A DNA stretch of 63,494 bases, the filler included, from Lenisia limosa (Eukaryota > Protista > Breviatea), in NCBI GenBank assembly GCA_001655205.1. It is 12 parts of 12 records of this genome, joined end to end, with 100 filler letters (N's around TTAATTAATTAA, not from the genome) between each part and the next. Parts side by side here need not be neighbours in the genome. Positions count along the whole stretch, not along the records: positions 20,796 to 32,345 come from LPNZ01011073.1; positions 32,446 to 37,436 come from LPNZ01002749.1; 10 more parts are not named here. One strand, written 5' to 3'. The position numbers and the translations under genes are program-made. Positions within the stretch are counted from its first letter, which is position 1. Each line of letters begins with the position of its first letter. The notes beneath the pieces were generated by a model that was not told the DNA's origin, ran no database searches, and worked only from the letters and a program-made list of their open reading frames with translations. This document shows, one piece after another, positions 20,796 through 34,016 of this stretch.

Positions 20796-22509
20796 CGCGA
20801 AGAGACAGCTCAATAATAACGTTGTGGGAGGGGGTGATGTTGTTGTGTGTATGCTGGGGAGCTGGGGAGGCACGCAGAAAGCTGTGGGCACAGAGCTGTA
20901 AGGCAAATGATTGGGTGAATTAATATTACACTATAATTTAATACCTCTTTTAAGCGTGGTGTGGACGGCTTCGACCAGATACATCCTTGTTTTTTTTATT
21001 TCTTATTGCTATATATATATACTATATGGTGGAGTGTTTTTTGTTTTTTTTTTCCTTTTTCCACTTTGTCACCCCCCCACCCCTATACAGGAAGACACGA
21101 TTGTGCAAGTCCCACAGCTCCTGCCAGCTATTCCCGGCCTGCAGTCTGTTAACTTCGACCTGCCTCCTCTTGGAGACCTTCAGCCCATCCTGAACGCGTC
21201 CATGTTGAAGTGGGCTGATTGCTAGTTTCTGAAAAAGAGATAAAGATCAGTCAATATTTGTCATAATGAGATAAAAAATCAGTGAAATATCAATATTTAT
21301 GGAGGATTTATCAAGGATTTATCGAAAAATACAGGCATTTCCTGGTTCGGTGTGAAGCCCTATTCATGAGATAAAGACAGGTACAATATCGATATTATAA
21401 AGACTTCCCATAGTTTTAAACATTTATTGGGTTCCGAGGAATTAATTTTAATTTACTGACAATACAATGAAATCATAGGCTTCTCTCAGGTCCGAAAAAA
21501 ACCGTATAAATGAACCTCTACTAAAAGATATGATTAAAGAATAATTTTCACCTAAGATATTCATGTTAAGATAATTATTCGTATGATATGTGCATGTGCA
21601 AGTCTATTTTTTAATAATTACATGAGGGTACGACGGAAATATCACCTTACTTTTTAGCCCTGGCATGCCTCCTCTTCAAACCGGGCCTATTGACCTTCTC
21701 AAGTGGGGTAAACCGTATTAAGCTCTTTTTCTTACCCATTACCCCCCCCCCCCNNNNNNNNNNNNNNNNNNNNNNNNNNNNNNNNNNNNNNNNNNNNNNN
21801 NNNNNNNNNNNNNNNNNNNNNNNNNNNNNNNNNNNNCATAAATTTTCCAATTTACCCCCAGCATCTCTCTTACCCCTTAGTCCGCCCACAGTACCACCTC
21901 TGCCAACCCTCCCCGAACTCAACACCACCGTAGGGGGGAGGGGTATAGCACTTATTGGGGTTATATTGGGGTAAATTTGGGGGGATTTTGGGACTCTGTC
22001 ACGGTCATCACCAGGGCTTCCCTGCGGTTCGAATAAAATATCGAAATTTTTAGAGGATTTATCGAGAAATTGAGTCTTTTTTGGGACCGTAGGGAAGCCA
22101 TAGTTAACACCAATAACTCACATGTTAATTACAACCCTCATATTCCATAAAGGGAGCCGCGATGGTGGATCTGCCGATCGAGCCCCTTCCCGCCACCACC
22201 GCCACCTCTGTCAATGCGGGACGNNNNNNNNNNNNNNNNNNNNNNNNNNNNNNNNNNNNNNNNNNNNNNNNNNNNNNNNNNNNNNNNNNNNNNNNNNNNN
22301 NNNNNNNNNNNNNNNNNNNNNNNNNNNNNNNNNNNNCCAAGGTGGATTGGGTTACTGTTTTTGTCTCAGTTTTTTATCTCAGTTTTTGTCTCAGTTTTTT
22401 TCTCAGGTTTTTTCTCAGTTTTTTCTCATTTTTTTACTTAACATCAAGTCGTTGTGGACTATCGCCTTTATTTTACGGCTTTAGTGCGGTTGCGGGTGAG
22501 GCAAAGTAG
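20796..22509 (+). CDS. Unknown Pro-rich protein, C-terminal exons
   Basis: Exons VQVPQLLPAIPGLQSVNFDLPPLGDLQPIL, PGMPPLQTGPIDLL, PPTVPPLPTLPELNTT, AVAGEAK*. Confidence 0.5.
20849..21013 (-). mobile_element. Family B repeat, near full length (~165 bp)
   Basis: GTATGCTGGGGAG..GCACGCAGAAAGCTGTG..GTAAGGCAAATGATTGGGTGAATTAAT..AAGCGTG..GGACGGCTTCGACCAGATACATCCTTGTTTTTTTTATTTCTTATTGCTATA. Confidence 0.85.
22012..22102. mobile_element. hAT-like MITE, subfamily A2
   Basis: CAGGGCTTCCCTGCGGTTCG...GGGACCGTAGGGAAGCCATA; flanks GTCATCAC / GTTAACAC (6/8). Confidence 0.8.
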
Positions 22510-23343
22510 GTGTCGTCTTATTGTGTAAATTAGTATCATGAATAATTATTGCTTTACTTTCCACGGGGGAAGGGGGAGGGGTGGCGGGCGTAGTGTGGTC
22601 TTGCTTCTTNNNNNNNNNNNNNNNNNNNNNNNNNNNNNNNNNNNNNNNNNNNNNNNNNNNNNNNNNNNNNNNNNNNNNNNNNNNNNNNNNNNNNNNNNNN
22701 NNNNNNNNNNNNNNNNNNNNNNNNNNGTGCGAAACCAGAAAATTGTTACAGATTTCCATACAAAAAGTTTGGCTTGTCTAAAACTGTTAAAAAAACGTCT
22801 GTAGTTACAAAATCACCCTTTTATTTTTGTTTTTTGTTCAAAATACCACTTTATTACTTTTATTTTTTGAACTACAGACTCTGCCACCCCCTTTTTAGAT
22901 GAGCCAAAAGTTTTGGTGCTCAACATTTGCTCTCTTGCTTTAATAACAGTACATAAAAATCACACAGATTACATTCGGTTTTGGCACAATTTGTGGTTTA
23001 TCCGAGCCAGTTTCTGGGTTGGCACCATATGTACACTAGAAAGGTGTTAAAATGAGTAATTTGCGCAATATTTCAAAATGACCTCATTAGTCACAAAAGG
23101 ACATGAACACGGGGATATTGTAGATCTAGAGGTCTGCAAATATTGAGACTTTGGGGTTACCAACGGTCTCCAAAAAAGTCAAAATTCTCGACAAACCAAT
23201 AGCACTAATTACTTTTTTCGTTGGGCTAGACAACCTTGAAAGAAACCCCCATAAAAACCATTTCATTACATCTAAACTAAACCTAAAATAATGAAAACCA
23301 AAACCATTATCCACAGCTATTGTGCCAAATCGCCCGGCCTGTT

Positions 23344-26300
23344 TTAGGACAAAAACCGGTCACAAGGGATACGATAGCGCTCAAGCACCTGGTGGTGGGG
23401 GGGTAAGAAGGACAGAATTGTCTGGGATACAGTTTTTGAATCAAAAGACAACGGAGAAACAAACTCTGAGAGAACACAAAGTATCAAACACTGCGGGAGG
23501 GGAAGGGGGGGATGAAGAAAATTTCAAATAAAGAATAGTAGCAAGACAAATTACGAACTGAGGAGATATATTTTTTTAAAAAAAGATAACATTCAAATCC
23601 TCTCATTACTCCCCCACACGCTCTTTTATACCTTCCAAACACCCAAACATTCTCTCCCCTCTCCACCCCCACCCCCCACCTCCGCGGTGCATTCTTTGAT
23701 TCCTTCTGATGGCAAAACGCACAACAAATGATCTTCCAAATGGAACGTGTGATACCTGCAACATGATTCAAAATCATTTGGAGGACTAACGTTTTGATGA
23801 AGAAAAAAATCCTTGAAAACTATCGATATTTTAGTTTTCTTTGTCCACTGGAAGTGAAACCCTACCACATTCACCCATAAATGCATACCCTTTTATTATT
23901 TAGTGTGTTGTTGTTGTTTTTGCCTCCCCCCCCCCACTGGGATTTGGTGGTTTCGGTGAGATNNNNNNNNNNNNNNNNNNNNNNNNNNNNNNNNNNNNNN
24001 NNNNNNNNNNNNNNNNNNNNNNNNNNNNNNNNNNNNNNNNNNNNNNNNNNNNNNNNNNNNNNNNNNNNNNNNNNNNNTACCATTGAAAGTGTTAACCTGG
24101 AAAAGGGGAGTAAGTCTATCTTACTATACACGTGACAAGGGGAGGAAGTTGTCTATCATGACCGAACTATATTTCTTATTTTGGTAGAAATGAAGCTAAA
24201 TAACGATGGAAATCCGTCACGATTGCATGGGATATTCAGGTATTCAAATCTCATTTGGTTCATCTCCTCCCCTAACATTATTGACAATATTGCTATTCAC
24301 TGATCCGCTGCCATATTCTATTATCAATATACAACAGTCAAACCACCAATCCCCTCTCACGGTAAGACTCTGGAGGTTTTGGTAGCCGACAGTAAGAGGC
24401 GAAGACAAAACTTGAGAAAGAACCACAATCTGGTGGGGGGGGGGGGGGGGGNNNNNNNNNNNNNNNNNNNNNNNNNNNNNNNNNNNNNNNNNNNNNNNNN
24501 NNNNNNNNNNNNNNNNNNNNNNNNNNNNNNNNNNNNNNNNNNTGTTGGCTTGCAACACACGATGGTTAATACAAAACAAACAGTGAAATTGTCAAATTTG
24601 AGAAGTAAAACGTAAAATATGCATATGGGGTGTTTAACCATTTACCCATTTACCCTAGGGTTATAAATATCAACAAGTTTACACTTCCCACCTCCTGATT
24701 TTTCGTTTCCTTGGCACCTTTCATGGCCGTCTCACAGAGTTGCCGCGGCGAGGTGTTGTACCAGTCGTCACCATACTCACGCAAGAAGGGAATTGTCAGT
24801 TGAACAAAGACAAGCCCGCCGTATATGTAATACCTGCGGGTATTAAGAGTGATATTATCAAAAGTGGGTAATTGTAATCCCTAAGAACCTTGGAGGTCCT
24901 GTTGATACATATCCCAAGTAGCTCGCATTCAAACATCAAATGTGAATATGTGCAAAAAATGAAAAAAGAGAAAAGAGAGAAAATGTAGTGCGGACAGTAA
25001 ACCTCCCCTCAAACCCCACTGTGGATAGGCTTCATATTCACCCCTCACTGCGGATAGGTATCGTATTGCAATCGAGGCACTAAGGGGTTTGGTCGCTCTA
25101 GTATCACTGAGGTTTGAAACTCCTAAAAACATGGAAAAACGTGATTATAATTTCCCAAAAGAGGGTGAGTTTACTAAGGTTGTACTCCAAAAATACCCAA
25201 ATTACGTAAAATTATTTTACTCAGTTTGCCAAATCGACTTTGTCTATTACCGCTTCCCACCTTAATTATTTGCCAATTCCAGAGTAATTTTGATTTCACC
25301 CACCTTGCCATCACGCAGGATTTTGAGGTCCACAGTGTCCCCAATGAACTTGTTGTTTGAGATGAGAAAGTCGAAGTTCATTCGTTCACCTGGGGAGTAA
25401 TGGAATACTATGAAACAAACAACACCCATTTGAACTCTGTTTGCAAAGCATGAAAGTGGAAAACAAAATAATAAATATATCTGGGGGGAGCAAAGCGAAA
25501 ATTTCATGAAGTGAAATGTCTGAGACAAGTGAGAGATGGGAAAGATATGAAAAAAGAAAGAAAATATTTATTACCATGTCCCTAGGTTTCCCCGCATTTT
25601 CATAAGACAGGTTACATATTACCTTCAAATTTCAAATATTATAATTTTCCCTTTTTCTTGCATTTTCAGTGAAATCAGTTTCTTGATTGCCACTACCATA
25701 AAGTCAGACTAGTGTAAATTGAAACATGAAATCTGGTGTGTTGTCAGAATCAATCCAGCACCCCTACGTTTTCTAAATTGGACCGATCCGTCATCTGCCA
25801 CGTCATTGCCCTCAATAGCCAGAATAACATCACGCGGCCTGATCATTTCAGCCGCGTGCGTAAGCGGAACTGTTCGCGTAACAAGCACGCCACACTAAGT
25901 GGGAATAAATCAACCAAAAGCAATTATACCAAATTGATGATCATTAACAAGGGGTGTTGTATTGGAACCTAGGTGGGAAGGTGGGGATAATTAACATACC
26001 AAACTAAGAAATCGGCTAGCTATAAATATGTAGACCTTTTTGTTCCGATTCCCGAGTTATTTGGAAGACTTTCTGATAATACAATAATTTCGTGGAATCC
26101 AGTTTATTCTTCAAATACCACCCACTTGATGCGGCTGCATGCCAAGACTCGAACGTAAATGGGGGTTGCTGATGCTCTGAATATAGAGGCCTAGTGTTGG
26201 GAAACCTAAGGATGTCATTTTTTCGAAATGAATAAAATTAACAGTTGAACAATAAGCCCATAAGGAACTCATCTACTCGAGTGGACTTGGTCCTAATATC

Positions 26301-29300
26301 AGTGGGTTCTCAGCGATCCTTCACTCAAACAAAAAAAGCCCATACGAATACCAGTCTCACAAACCTGTATAATGGCCATGTTTTTTAATATCCTCAAGAT
26401 AGTGAGTCACCACCGGTGGAGGGATGATGAACCCAATATTTTGTGCCCCCGAAATGTGTTGAAACGCCACGCCGGCAACCTAAAGTGCAGTGAGCTGCTT
26501 GAATACTGTCAAAAAGCAGATAGTTTACTGTTCGTGCTTAGCTTTCCAACAATGTACCCAATTTGTTTGGTTAAAAATCCGTAACTGACAATACGGAATA
26601 CGAAAAACCCCGATGTTTGAGGATTTTACAGAGCGGAATTGATCAATTTTCAAACATTGTAATACAGATTGTGAGAGATCTTCTACAATGTTTGATTATC
26701 GACCAAAATCTGTATTACAAAGTTTGAAAATAGACCAATTCCGTATGTCGTTGTGAACGTCATTTGGCAGTTGGAGCATTGAAAAAACTATGGTCAAGCT
26801 ATGTTGTATTATATGAAGATATGATATTAGTATTGTAACATTTTACAATTCAAAGGTCTATTAAAAACAAAACAGCATTCAATGTCAAATGTTAGTCCCC
26901 TCCTCCCACTTTGCCATTTTTGATCGCCGGACCCCCGGAGTTACCCGGGTTTATAGCCGCGTCAATCTGCACACATTGGAGGTGGGAACTTCCTAAAAGT
27001 GATTTCACTGTGGCAACGAGGATAATCCGTAATACAAAACCCCAGTAATAATATACATTCGTATATCACATATTCATCACAATTGATTAATATTATCTAC
27101 TCAAAACAGATGTAAAGTGTAACAAAATGATCACATTTTTTTGACATTTATCCTTACCATGAGCGTATTGCTGGAGTTCCACTCTTGACACAACCCCTCG
27201 CGTAACACTGATACTGTCTCCTGCAGTTGGGAATCCCAAGACGGCAACGGGATCTTCTAGTTCCTGAAGGATATCAGGTATTATATACTATATATGTATA
27301 TGTACATGCTGTATTATATGTTTGTATTGATATAGTATAAGAACTCCATTGAATTAATTTAAAATTTTCAACATTTTGGGCGACATATAAACCAGAACTC
27401 TATACAAACAATTTGTTTACTGTGTAAAGTTAACACTCTACCCAAAAATCCCTCTCAATACAAAGGTATCTGGTCCTAATCTGTTTTTATCTTCCTAACA
27501 ACATACCGGAATTTGGCCAAGCTCTAATTCTGGAACATCATGCCAGAAGTCCTAGAGAGTTTAGAGTTACAGATGTGTAATTAGTTTGAATATTGTCCAA
27601 TCAACTTAAGTATTCACATCAAGTTACACAAATAACAATAAGAACAAACTTGTATAATCTTAGAATACACTAACAGAATTTTAATTACAAACGTCATAAT
27701 CTTCCAACCGGATCAGGGACTTTCAAGATCGCAAGATCACAATCATGGCCGATGGAGGCAACTTCAGCAAAGTACTTGACGGGCGAGCCGAACTTACGGA
27801 CCATTATGTTGCCGGTTAGCGACGCGTGCGCAACAACATGCGCGTTAGCTGCGTGGTTAGCTCTATTCTTGGGACTTAGTGTGGTCCCGAAAATACCTGT
27901 CATTTATCGAGGATTTATCGAGAATTCAGTAATTTATAACCGAAGTGAAACAGTATTCTTGTATGAATAATATTCGCCCAGGACATAAATAGGTTGACAA
28001 TTGTCTGACATGAAATGATATTGTCTCAAGATTCATTATAGACATTGTCCTTAAGTACCATTTGCTGAATATAATATGATACTTCTTGCTTACCTCACTC
28101 CCCCAATCATGATATATATTTAAGTATTTTTGGCCCTCCCCCAGTAATCATAACAAGTATCCTATCTCTCGCCCACTCAATAACTGTTGTCCGGTTATGG
28201 CAAAAGCTGAGCCGACTGAAGGTCTCAAGTACTTCATTTGCCATGGCTGTGGTTCGGAATAAGTTCAAAATGCAATATGACAAGTTTGGATTTTCTCATA
28301 AACGCTGGTTATTGCTCCTAAAAGTCAAAATGAAACATGACAAGGTTTAGAAGAACTACAATCATTTCTGCCCTTTGTTTCTTATCATGGATATTCAGAA
28401 AAGAAATCGACATTTCCACAGATGGTAGGTGGGGGCAGTGTATGTAGCGGAACTTTCAATTGTCACAATTTTTTTAAAAATTGAAGTGTTCTTGTTGAAA
28501 AATGTCACATTCAACTTCAGTACACAGGCCCACCATTAGATAGTTGGGCGGGGTAGAGACGGAAAACACCTTGGAACATGCTGCAAGTGGAAGGTCTGAC
28601 ACTACTATGGGAAGTCAATCTTGAAATAATGCTAGTTTTTGAAATCTTAGGATAAACTAATGCTTTTTAAGAGATAATCATCATCTCAATTTGTGATCAA
28701 GAATCAAATTTCAAACTTATTATCAAAATACATGCAGTAAAACATGTAAAAAATTAGTACTATTTTATCGATCTTTTCGAATCGCAGGGAGCCCTAAGGG
28801 TACATATCAACATTTCCAGTCTTTTAAAGGATCTGTGAATTGTAGTATTTAGTCCTACCAGATTCGAGTTTGGAATCAATGTCATCGAAATCCACTCCAT
28901 CACCAAGGTAAGTGTGAGGCAGGGGGTCATCTGAGGATGGAAGAATGAACAAAGGATGTTGTCAGTTTCAGGTTGGGGGCTAGGATTATTGTATTGAAAA
29001 GTTCAATGTAGAGTCCAAAACACCCACTTGGATGTTGCTGTAAACTGTCAATGTGACTGAATCGTCTTCCAATATCCGAGTATAACCACGGGGTCAAGAC
29101 CCTACCTGAGCGTGGTCAATTGTTTTTTGAACTAAAAAATGTATAGAATCGAGGTACCATTAACATTAACGAAATCGGGTTTATGAGGGGTGTAAAGTGA
29201 CACTCACTGCTGAGGGTAGCAGAAAGCCGAAGAAGGGATGAGGAGGCTGCTTTGAGAGCCTGAATGATGAATGACAATTTTATATACCGCAAAGCAGGTT

Positions 29301-29572
29301 ACAGTTCCAAAACCTGGTTTGAAAAGAAAAGACTGACAACCCAATGTCACGTGGGTTACTCAGATTTGGTGTCTACCAAGTAAATATTACTCTTGGATTC
29401 ATACTGACCAAAATCTATGGATTCACAAACTGACAACAATCTTCTTCTTGTAAAAAGTATTAAAAATATCAAAATAAGTTATAAAGGGTATTGTTAGTCT
29501 GTTCACACATCTTGCCACATAAAATACTTGTGTCTTGAAATTCAGTGAACCAAAGGGAAGCCCCCGTACCAT
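23344..29572 (-). CDS. Deg/HtrA serine protease (Deg2/9/10-like) with probable mitochondrial presequence; apparently complete
   Basis: Spliced model: M|[35 protein letters not shown]...[13 protein letters not shown]|[29 protein letters not shown] (His)...GHDCDLAIL (Asp)...[15 protein letters not shown]...[14 protein letters not shown] (Ser); PDZ regions ([31 protein letters not shown]); ends [14 protein letters not shown]. One exon (26126-26206) has an apparent +1 frameshift. Confidence 0.95.
26634..26743. mobile_element. MITE-like palindrome in Deg intron
   Basis: 37-bp inverted arms: CGGAATTGATCAATTTTCAAACATTGTAATACAGATT versus reverse complement CGGAATTGGTCTATTTTCAAACTTTGTAATACAGATT. Confidence 0.7.
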
Positions 29573-30283
29573 TCAAAGCGGTGCTGTAGCCTGGTAACGA
29601 GGCCGTTCTTTGTTTGAGACAAGGACAGGATATGTACCTATATTAGTAGTAAGTGAGAGTCCTAAAGTATAGTCAAAAGAAACAAAATTACCCCCCAATC
29701 CCCCCTCTCCAAATGTAACGTTTTGGGACAAGCATGGATATAAACGTAATATTGGCAAATTTCACTTTTCCAGATTCCAGATTTCTCCAAATATCTAATT
29801 GACAACATTACAATCCCCCCAATCCCCAAAACCGACCTGTAACTGAATTGAAACTCAGAAGTTGGGATAACTTGATTAGTTCTCAGGGGAGGGTGGGTAA
29901 GAAGGAACTATCCGAGAGCTTATGAGTCGGATATGTCGAAAAGATGATATGGATATATGATATGAGAAGATTTCTCAGGTTAACTGGTTACACTTGATTC
30001 AACAATTCTTCATTGATATTTGTAGATAACAAAGAAAGACGAGGATATGTTCGGTTAATTGGTTTGGGGAATGATTACACTTGCTGGAGGCTTTCCTTTT
30101 AAGGAAGGTGTGTGATGGAAATGAGCTTTGCCCAACAGGCGTCCCCCATGTAAACTATGATTTTTTCATTTTAGAGCTGTTTCCTGTTTCGGTTTCCACG
30201 GTTTCTTCTTTGTGCTGTAGCTGGCAGTGTAAAAACAACAATACAAAACAAAACAGAGCAGCGTTTTTGGAAAAGACGGTAAA

Positions 30284-32282
30284 ATGGGGGATATGTCCGC
30301 AGAAGAAGCCGAGTTGGCAGCTCTTATGGGATGGGATAAACCGCAACCAGCCAGAAAGCAGCAGGCCAAGCAACCAGCCTCCAAACAGGGACGTATGCTT
30401 CTTGTTTCCTCCCTGATCTCCGCCTCTGCCTGCCTCCCGCGTCCTTCTAATCGTTTTAGAACTTAACATGAACGAAATTGCTGCAGCGCTCGCGGATTCC
30501 CAGAAAGACGTTGATGTAAGCGGTTTTCAGGGAAGTTGATTCCTCCAAGAAGTGTTTCATTGAACTACTTCTCAGACAGTTGTTTAACAATCCAATGGGG
30601 TTGATGTTAGATAATTGTGATGCTCATTTGTAGGCTGCTTTGTGGGGTTTTGATTTCTATATTTGAATTGGGGGTCTTTTCGGGAAAACTGTTCGGTAAA
30701 CCAGCTACCCGCCCCCCTCCCCCGAAGTTCATTCATATCCAAGCATCTTGTTGGCTTTGTTTTAACAGCTTCATGTGTGCCTTTCTTGTTTCTTTTGTCT
30801 TGTTCAGATTGCTATGTGCACAGAGTTGTCAGGCAAATGATTGGTTGAATTATAGTATTCTACTATAATTTGATATGTATCTCTTCTTTGCGTGATGGTG
30901 TGGAAGTCTTCGGTCAGATACAACCGTGTTTTTTATGATGTACAGTGACTGGGATAAGTCCTGACCGATTTGTTATTGATTTCCTAAGGAAAATAGTCAT
31001 GTGCATAAAAACAAATCGTTTAATCATTTCCCCCCTCCATTCTTTATGTTCTCAAAGCTGAAGCAGTACTTTAAAGAGTAACATATGTAGAGATGAGAAT
31101 AAGTCATCATCACGTTGAACCACAGGGCACCCACACTCACTTCACAGGGCACTCTGACGGCCGCGGACCTTGAGGATGAAAGTCTTTTGGGCGAACTGGC
31201 CGCGCTCACCGGTGCGCCGCCACCACAGAGGAAGTCCCCGGAACGTGGGGGGTGTTATAGAGGTCACTGTGTTATTGGGTGTCACGTGCTTGGTGTATGA
31301 TATGATATGGATTGCGAAAGATACATGAAATGAAATACTAAGATCTTACCGGGCCTCAGTTTGATACTCTTTTTTTGTAAAAACGCAATTCTGGGGGGAG
31401 CTGTTTTGAAGTTTCATGTGTTTGATTTTGAATATACTATTGCACTATTATTCATGGGGCATGTGGCAATTGTGATGTTTTTCACTTTTTAGAGCAAAAA
31501 GCTCAGGTTCTTGCAGTCAAACGTGAAGCTCTCGGTAAGCATGTGATAAACTCTAAACATAATTATGCACAGAGTGTTAGGCGAATGGCTGAGTGAATTA
31601 ATTTATACTATGTACCACCTATTTCTGATCTCTACATACACGTATGAACACAACGCATTAAATGCAATCTGGGGGTACTTAAGAGAAAGAGTGATTGTGT
31701 TGTAGAAAGTGGTTTGTTTGCAATATATGTGGACAGTAAAGCTCGTGAAGGCTCCTGCACAATTCTTAGTCTTTACTTTCCAATTTTACCCCCTCCCCCT
31801 TTCGCTGGAGTGATGGGATGCGCTGTTGCAGAAGCAACTGTCCTAGACTTTGTTTGTTTTGTTGTTNNNNNNNNNNNNNNNNNNNNNNNNNNNNNNNNNN
31901 NNNNNNNNNNNNNNNNNNNNNNNNNNNNNNNNNNNNNNNNNNNNNNNNNNNNNNNNNNNNNNNNNNNNNNNNNNNNNNNNNNNNNNNNNNNNNNNNAAAC
32001 TGGCTGAAGCCAAGGCCATGGAAGCAAAACTGGTTTGTAGATTTTTTTTATCGGAACGGGGGGTTATGGGGGTCATGGAAGCTATGCTGATGGGACTGTT
32101 TCCATTTTTTTGAAAGGTGATGAGCTGGTGGACTTATCGGATATATGGTATGAGAGTGGGGGGTTAACTTCTTTCTTGGACCGAAGTGAAGCCCCGCCCT
32201 TGCTTACGGTTTTAGCCTGCACAAAACAGTCAGCCTGTTGCCAGAGCCGCACCCCCTCAAAAGAAGCCCGAATACGATGGCA
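30284..32282 (+). CDS. Unknown helical protein, weakly CC2D1/Lgd (DM14)-like, 5' part
   Basis: MGDMSAEEAELAALMGW..., NMNEIAAALADSQKDVD, DLEDESLLGELAALTG, VLAVKREAL..(gap)..KLAEAKAMEAKL. The family assignment is a weak resemblance only. Confidence 0.6.
30811..30935 (-). mobile_element. Family B repeat, partial
   Basis: GCACAGAGTTGTCAGGCAAATGATTGGTTGAATT..GCGTGATGGTGTGGAAGTCTTCGGTCAGATACAACC. Confidence 0.8.
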
Positions 32283-32477
32283 GTAGGGGGGGTGTGGAGT
32301 TTCAGATTATTCTGCGTGATTAGTACTATTCTTCATCGAAATTTTNNNNNNNNNNNNNNNNNNNNNNNNNNNNNNNNNNNNNNNNNNNNTTAATTAATTA
32401 ANNNNNNNNNNNNNNNNNNNNNNNNNNNNNNNNNNNNNNNNNNNNCCCCCCCCCCCCCTGTTGATTTGACGATTCAG

Positions 32478-33870
32478 TTGTTCTTGGTGACGAGGGGCAG
32501 ATGCAGGAGCTGGTTAAGGACCATGAAGGTGTCCCTTTCAAGGTGCGTAGGGATATATGGGAAAATGACAAATCTGACAAGAGGGTATTTGCTTAAAGTC
32601 ACCCAGGAACTCTTTGATAAATGTAAAACGTGTCCTTTATTTTTCAACCCATTCATACAAACATATTTAGAAACCATTGTTGGGCAGTGGCAATCGTAAT
32701 GTTTTATTTGATATGCCAATTTGGTGAATGCTGTATCCAGAGGAAAGATGACTTTGTCCAGGGCCCCTCAGCCATGTGCTTCGACAAACAGGGAGCGCTG
32801 TATTTCTCCGACGCGGGGCCAATGGGAGAAACCTCCATCGACAACCCTCAGGGTTCTGTATTTACTGTTTCTGCTGAAGGTGTGGGAAGTTTTTGACCAT
32901 TGGATTTGCTGTGTTCTGAATCATTATTGTCTTATGATTAACAGGTCAAATTCTGGTACCCCTTGTTCTTGAAGGCCTAGCGCATCCTTGGGGCGTAGCC
33001 TTGTCCCCGTGTCAGAACTATCTCTATGTAGCCGAAACAATGAAGAACAGAATACTTCGTTTTGTTAGATGGAATGGTGTTTTCCACGGATCTGTGTTCA
33101 AGCAGGTAAGGGTGGAGGGTGATAATTAATCCATTCACTTTTATTGTGCTCCGCCTATTTCAAAATACTATAGCTTCATTTTATTTCCGGTATCGTGATA
33201 GAAGCTGCATATAATATAGCTATACAGTATGTCAAACAAAACTCTCACATTCTGTTTATGTTCTCAGTTTGCTGGGAGAGTAGGGCCGTCAAGTATCTGC
33301 ACCCTGCCCAATGGCGATTTGGCGGTCTGTCATTTTGAACTGGCTGTAGGAGAACGTAGGCAACTTAACTATTTTAATCGTGTATTTAGTGCAAGGGCGT
33401 ATGGTATCAAGTATTACAGATGTCCAATGTTTTTCTTTGTAAAATATCATTGGCATCTTTGCTCTAAATTCCAGAAAATATGTATTATTAGTACAAGTAT
33501 GTGATATATTAGTATATTATCTCTGGTTTTAAAAAAGTAACCAAAGTCAACTTTATCAACATGCCTTGACACTTTAGACATATCAGGTCGTGTTTTGATT
33601 GTGTCTGAGGGAGAGGTGACGAAGGTGTTTGAGACCCCGGCTCCCGAGCTCACTGGTGGGTCTTTTTCTGTAGTGTAGTATCATATATAACGTCAAATTT
33701 GCACAATGCAACAGAAGGAATTATGCGACAAGTTTAAAAACATGTTATTGAATGACTGATTGATCATTTCGCGATGTTTTGACTTTGTAGGTGTTTGCTG
33801 CTCGAGAGACGGAAAAGTCTTATTCCTAACTGAACAGTCAACAAACAGTGTGTACAAAATTACCCTTTAG
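32478..33870 (+). CDS. SMP-30/gluconolactonase/LRE-like beta-propeller protein, C-terminal part
   Basis: ELVKDHEGVPFK|GPSAMCFDKQGALYFSDAGPMGETSIDNPQGSVF|...LAHPWGVALSPCQNYLYVAETMKNRILRF...SVFKQ|FAGRVGPSSI...PELTG|VCCSRDGKVLFLTEQSTNSVYKITL*. Confidence 0.85.
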
Positions 33871-34016
33871 TTTCTTTTATTTAGTTGTGCTGTACAGTAG
33901 GTGTGTATTTTGTATGGTCTGACATGTCTGTGATTGACTGCATTTTAAGTGTCCTAGTTTAATCAAAAAAAGGTTATGGCGGGGTGAATGTGTGCTAACA
34001 TGAGCTCATATTCTTA

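Noticed and set aside
20849-21013. Family B as U6 or another snRNA (contains GCTTCGGC and ACAGAG)
   Set aside because: The motifs are in the wrong order for U6, the rest does not match, and copies are numerous, degenerate and in both orientations.
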